Shown here: one piece after another, positions 63,359 through 64,000 of the stretch
How positions within the stretch are numbered: position 1 is the stretch's first letter
How the letters are laid out: each line of letters begins with the position of its first letter
DNA from: a virus
Strand: one strand, 5' to 3'
Length of the DNA: 64,000 bases
IMG/VR virus record: IMGVR_UViG_3300045988_154953
The notes under the pieces: generated by a model
Database searches by the model: none
Told to the model about the DNA's origin: nothing
Seen by the model: the letters and a program-made list of their open reading frames with translations, nothing else
Made by a program: the position numbers and the translations under genes

Positions 63359-64000
63359 ATGAAAAAGATTACAAGAGAAATGGTTGTCAACGAACTTAAC
63401 AACAGAGGCTACAACACAAAAGAACAAAAAGTAAATAAAAATAGCGTTGAATTTAACGCAATTACGATTGAAATGGATGGAAACATTTCACCTTTGATCT
63501 ATCCAGACGAACGAATTGAGGCTGCAAACAATAACGAAATCACATTTGATGATGTTGTAAATGGAATTATTGAATTGTATGAAAATGTAAAATCTAAAAA
63601 TATAGGTTTTAAGAAATTTTCTAATAAAGATTTTATTCTTGAAAATATTTACATTGGTTTACAGAAAAAGAGTAATAAAGACATTGTAAAAATCCCTAAT
63701 GAGTTTGATATTGAAGCATATCTATTTATTCGGATAACTGATACGGATGATAATTTATGTACAGTAATGGTAAAGCCTGGATTACTTCGTGAAGCATCTA
63801 TTGATAAAAATGAAGCATGGGATAGAGCAAGAAAGAATACTTTTGCTGAAACAGAAATTATTCCTATGGTAAAGTATATGTGCGAATTAACTGGTATGAA
63901 ATATACTAATGAGACAGAAGAGATGTTTGCAATGAATCCACCTGTTTATATTCTTACTAACAAAAGTAAATATAGAGGTGCATCAGCATTTCTCAATAAG
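63359..64000 (+). CDS. Hypothetical protein, 3'-truncated by the window end
   Basis: ATG after AAAGGAGAA; hand translation is open for 214 codons to position 64000. Confidence 0.55.
   Translation, partial: MKKITREMVVNELNNRGYNTKEQKVNKNSVEFNAITIEMDGNISPLIYPDERIEAANNNEITFDDVVNGIIELYENVKSKNIGFKKFSNKDFILENIYIGLQKKSNKDIVKIPNEFDIEAYLFIRITDTDDNLCTVMVKPGLLREASIDKNEAWDRARKNTFAETEIIPMVKYMCELTGMKYTNETEEMFAMNPPVYILTNKSKYRGASAFLNK

Noticed and set aside
1-64000. Stop-codon reassignment or suppressor tRNA
   Set aside because: All long genes are intact under the standard code, and none of the six tRNAs has a stop-complementary anticodon. The in-frame fragment after the TAA at 1360..1362 is the only hint, and a recombination scar explains it better.
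1-64000. Lysogeny module (integrase, CI-like repressor with a divergent Cro)
   Set aside because: No recombinase-like ORF was recognised in this window. The palindromic operators at P1 and P2 are therefore not assumed to be a lysogeny switch.

Overview
This window is an AT-rich segment of a tailed dsDNA phage genome. Strong AGGAGG-type ribosome-binding sites suggest a Firmicutes-type host. No searches or folding programs were run: every functional call comes from motif recognition by eye, gene order and hand base-pairing, and many start codons were re-chosen from RBS spacing.

Layout:
- 1-5.7 kb: mixed-strand accessory island. It holds zinc-ribbon genes, an HExxH protein, a complete type III ToxN/AbiQ-like toxin with a 34-nt tandem-repeat RNA antitoxin, small TA-like cassettes and an XRE regulator.
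- 5.7-29.6 kb: minus-strand virion module (1581-aa tape measure, tail and head genes, major capsid, scaffold, portal, large terminase), interrupted by morons and nucleases.
- 29.6-39.9 kb: minus-strand block with six tRNAs (Asn, Asp, Gly, Lys, Met, Ser) and two long ORF-free hairpin-rich segments. It also encodes a GH25 endolysin, a Cys-peptidase lysin, Bro-N and ORF6N genes, a metallophosphoesterase, a ClpP-like protease, a PIN-PhoH ATPase and HU.
- 40.2-50.4 kb: minus-strand block with a 926-aa protein carrying an RdRP/YonO-type two-barrel RNA polymerase signature. It also has an amidoligase-like protein, many small Cys-rich proteins and a P-loop helicase-like protein.
- 50.4-52.65 kb: AT-rich control region with iteron-like repeats. 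It contains two identical TTGACA-17-TAnnAT promoters, each enclosing an 18-bp palindrome, followed by a ~0.7-kb G+C-richer ORF-poor leader.
- 52.65-64 kb: plus-strand early-type small genes, including a HigB/HigA-like pair, a lipoprotein and a ParB-like protein.

Most unusual signals:
- Two ~47-nt tRNA-like elements that lack an anticodon arm, sit just after stop codons, and show compensatory base changes between the copies.
- tRNA-flanked ORF-free structured segments, which are large-ncRNA candidates.
- A 19-nt motif present five times and always oriented with transcription, a candidate promoter for the phage RNA polymerase.
- The phage-borne type III toxin-antitoxin locus.
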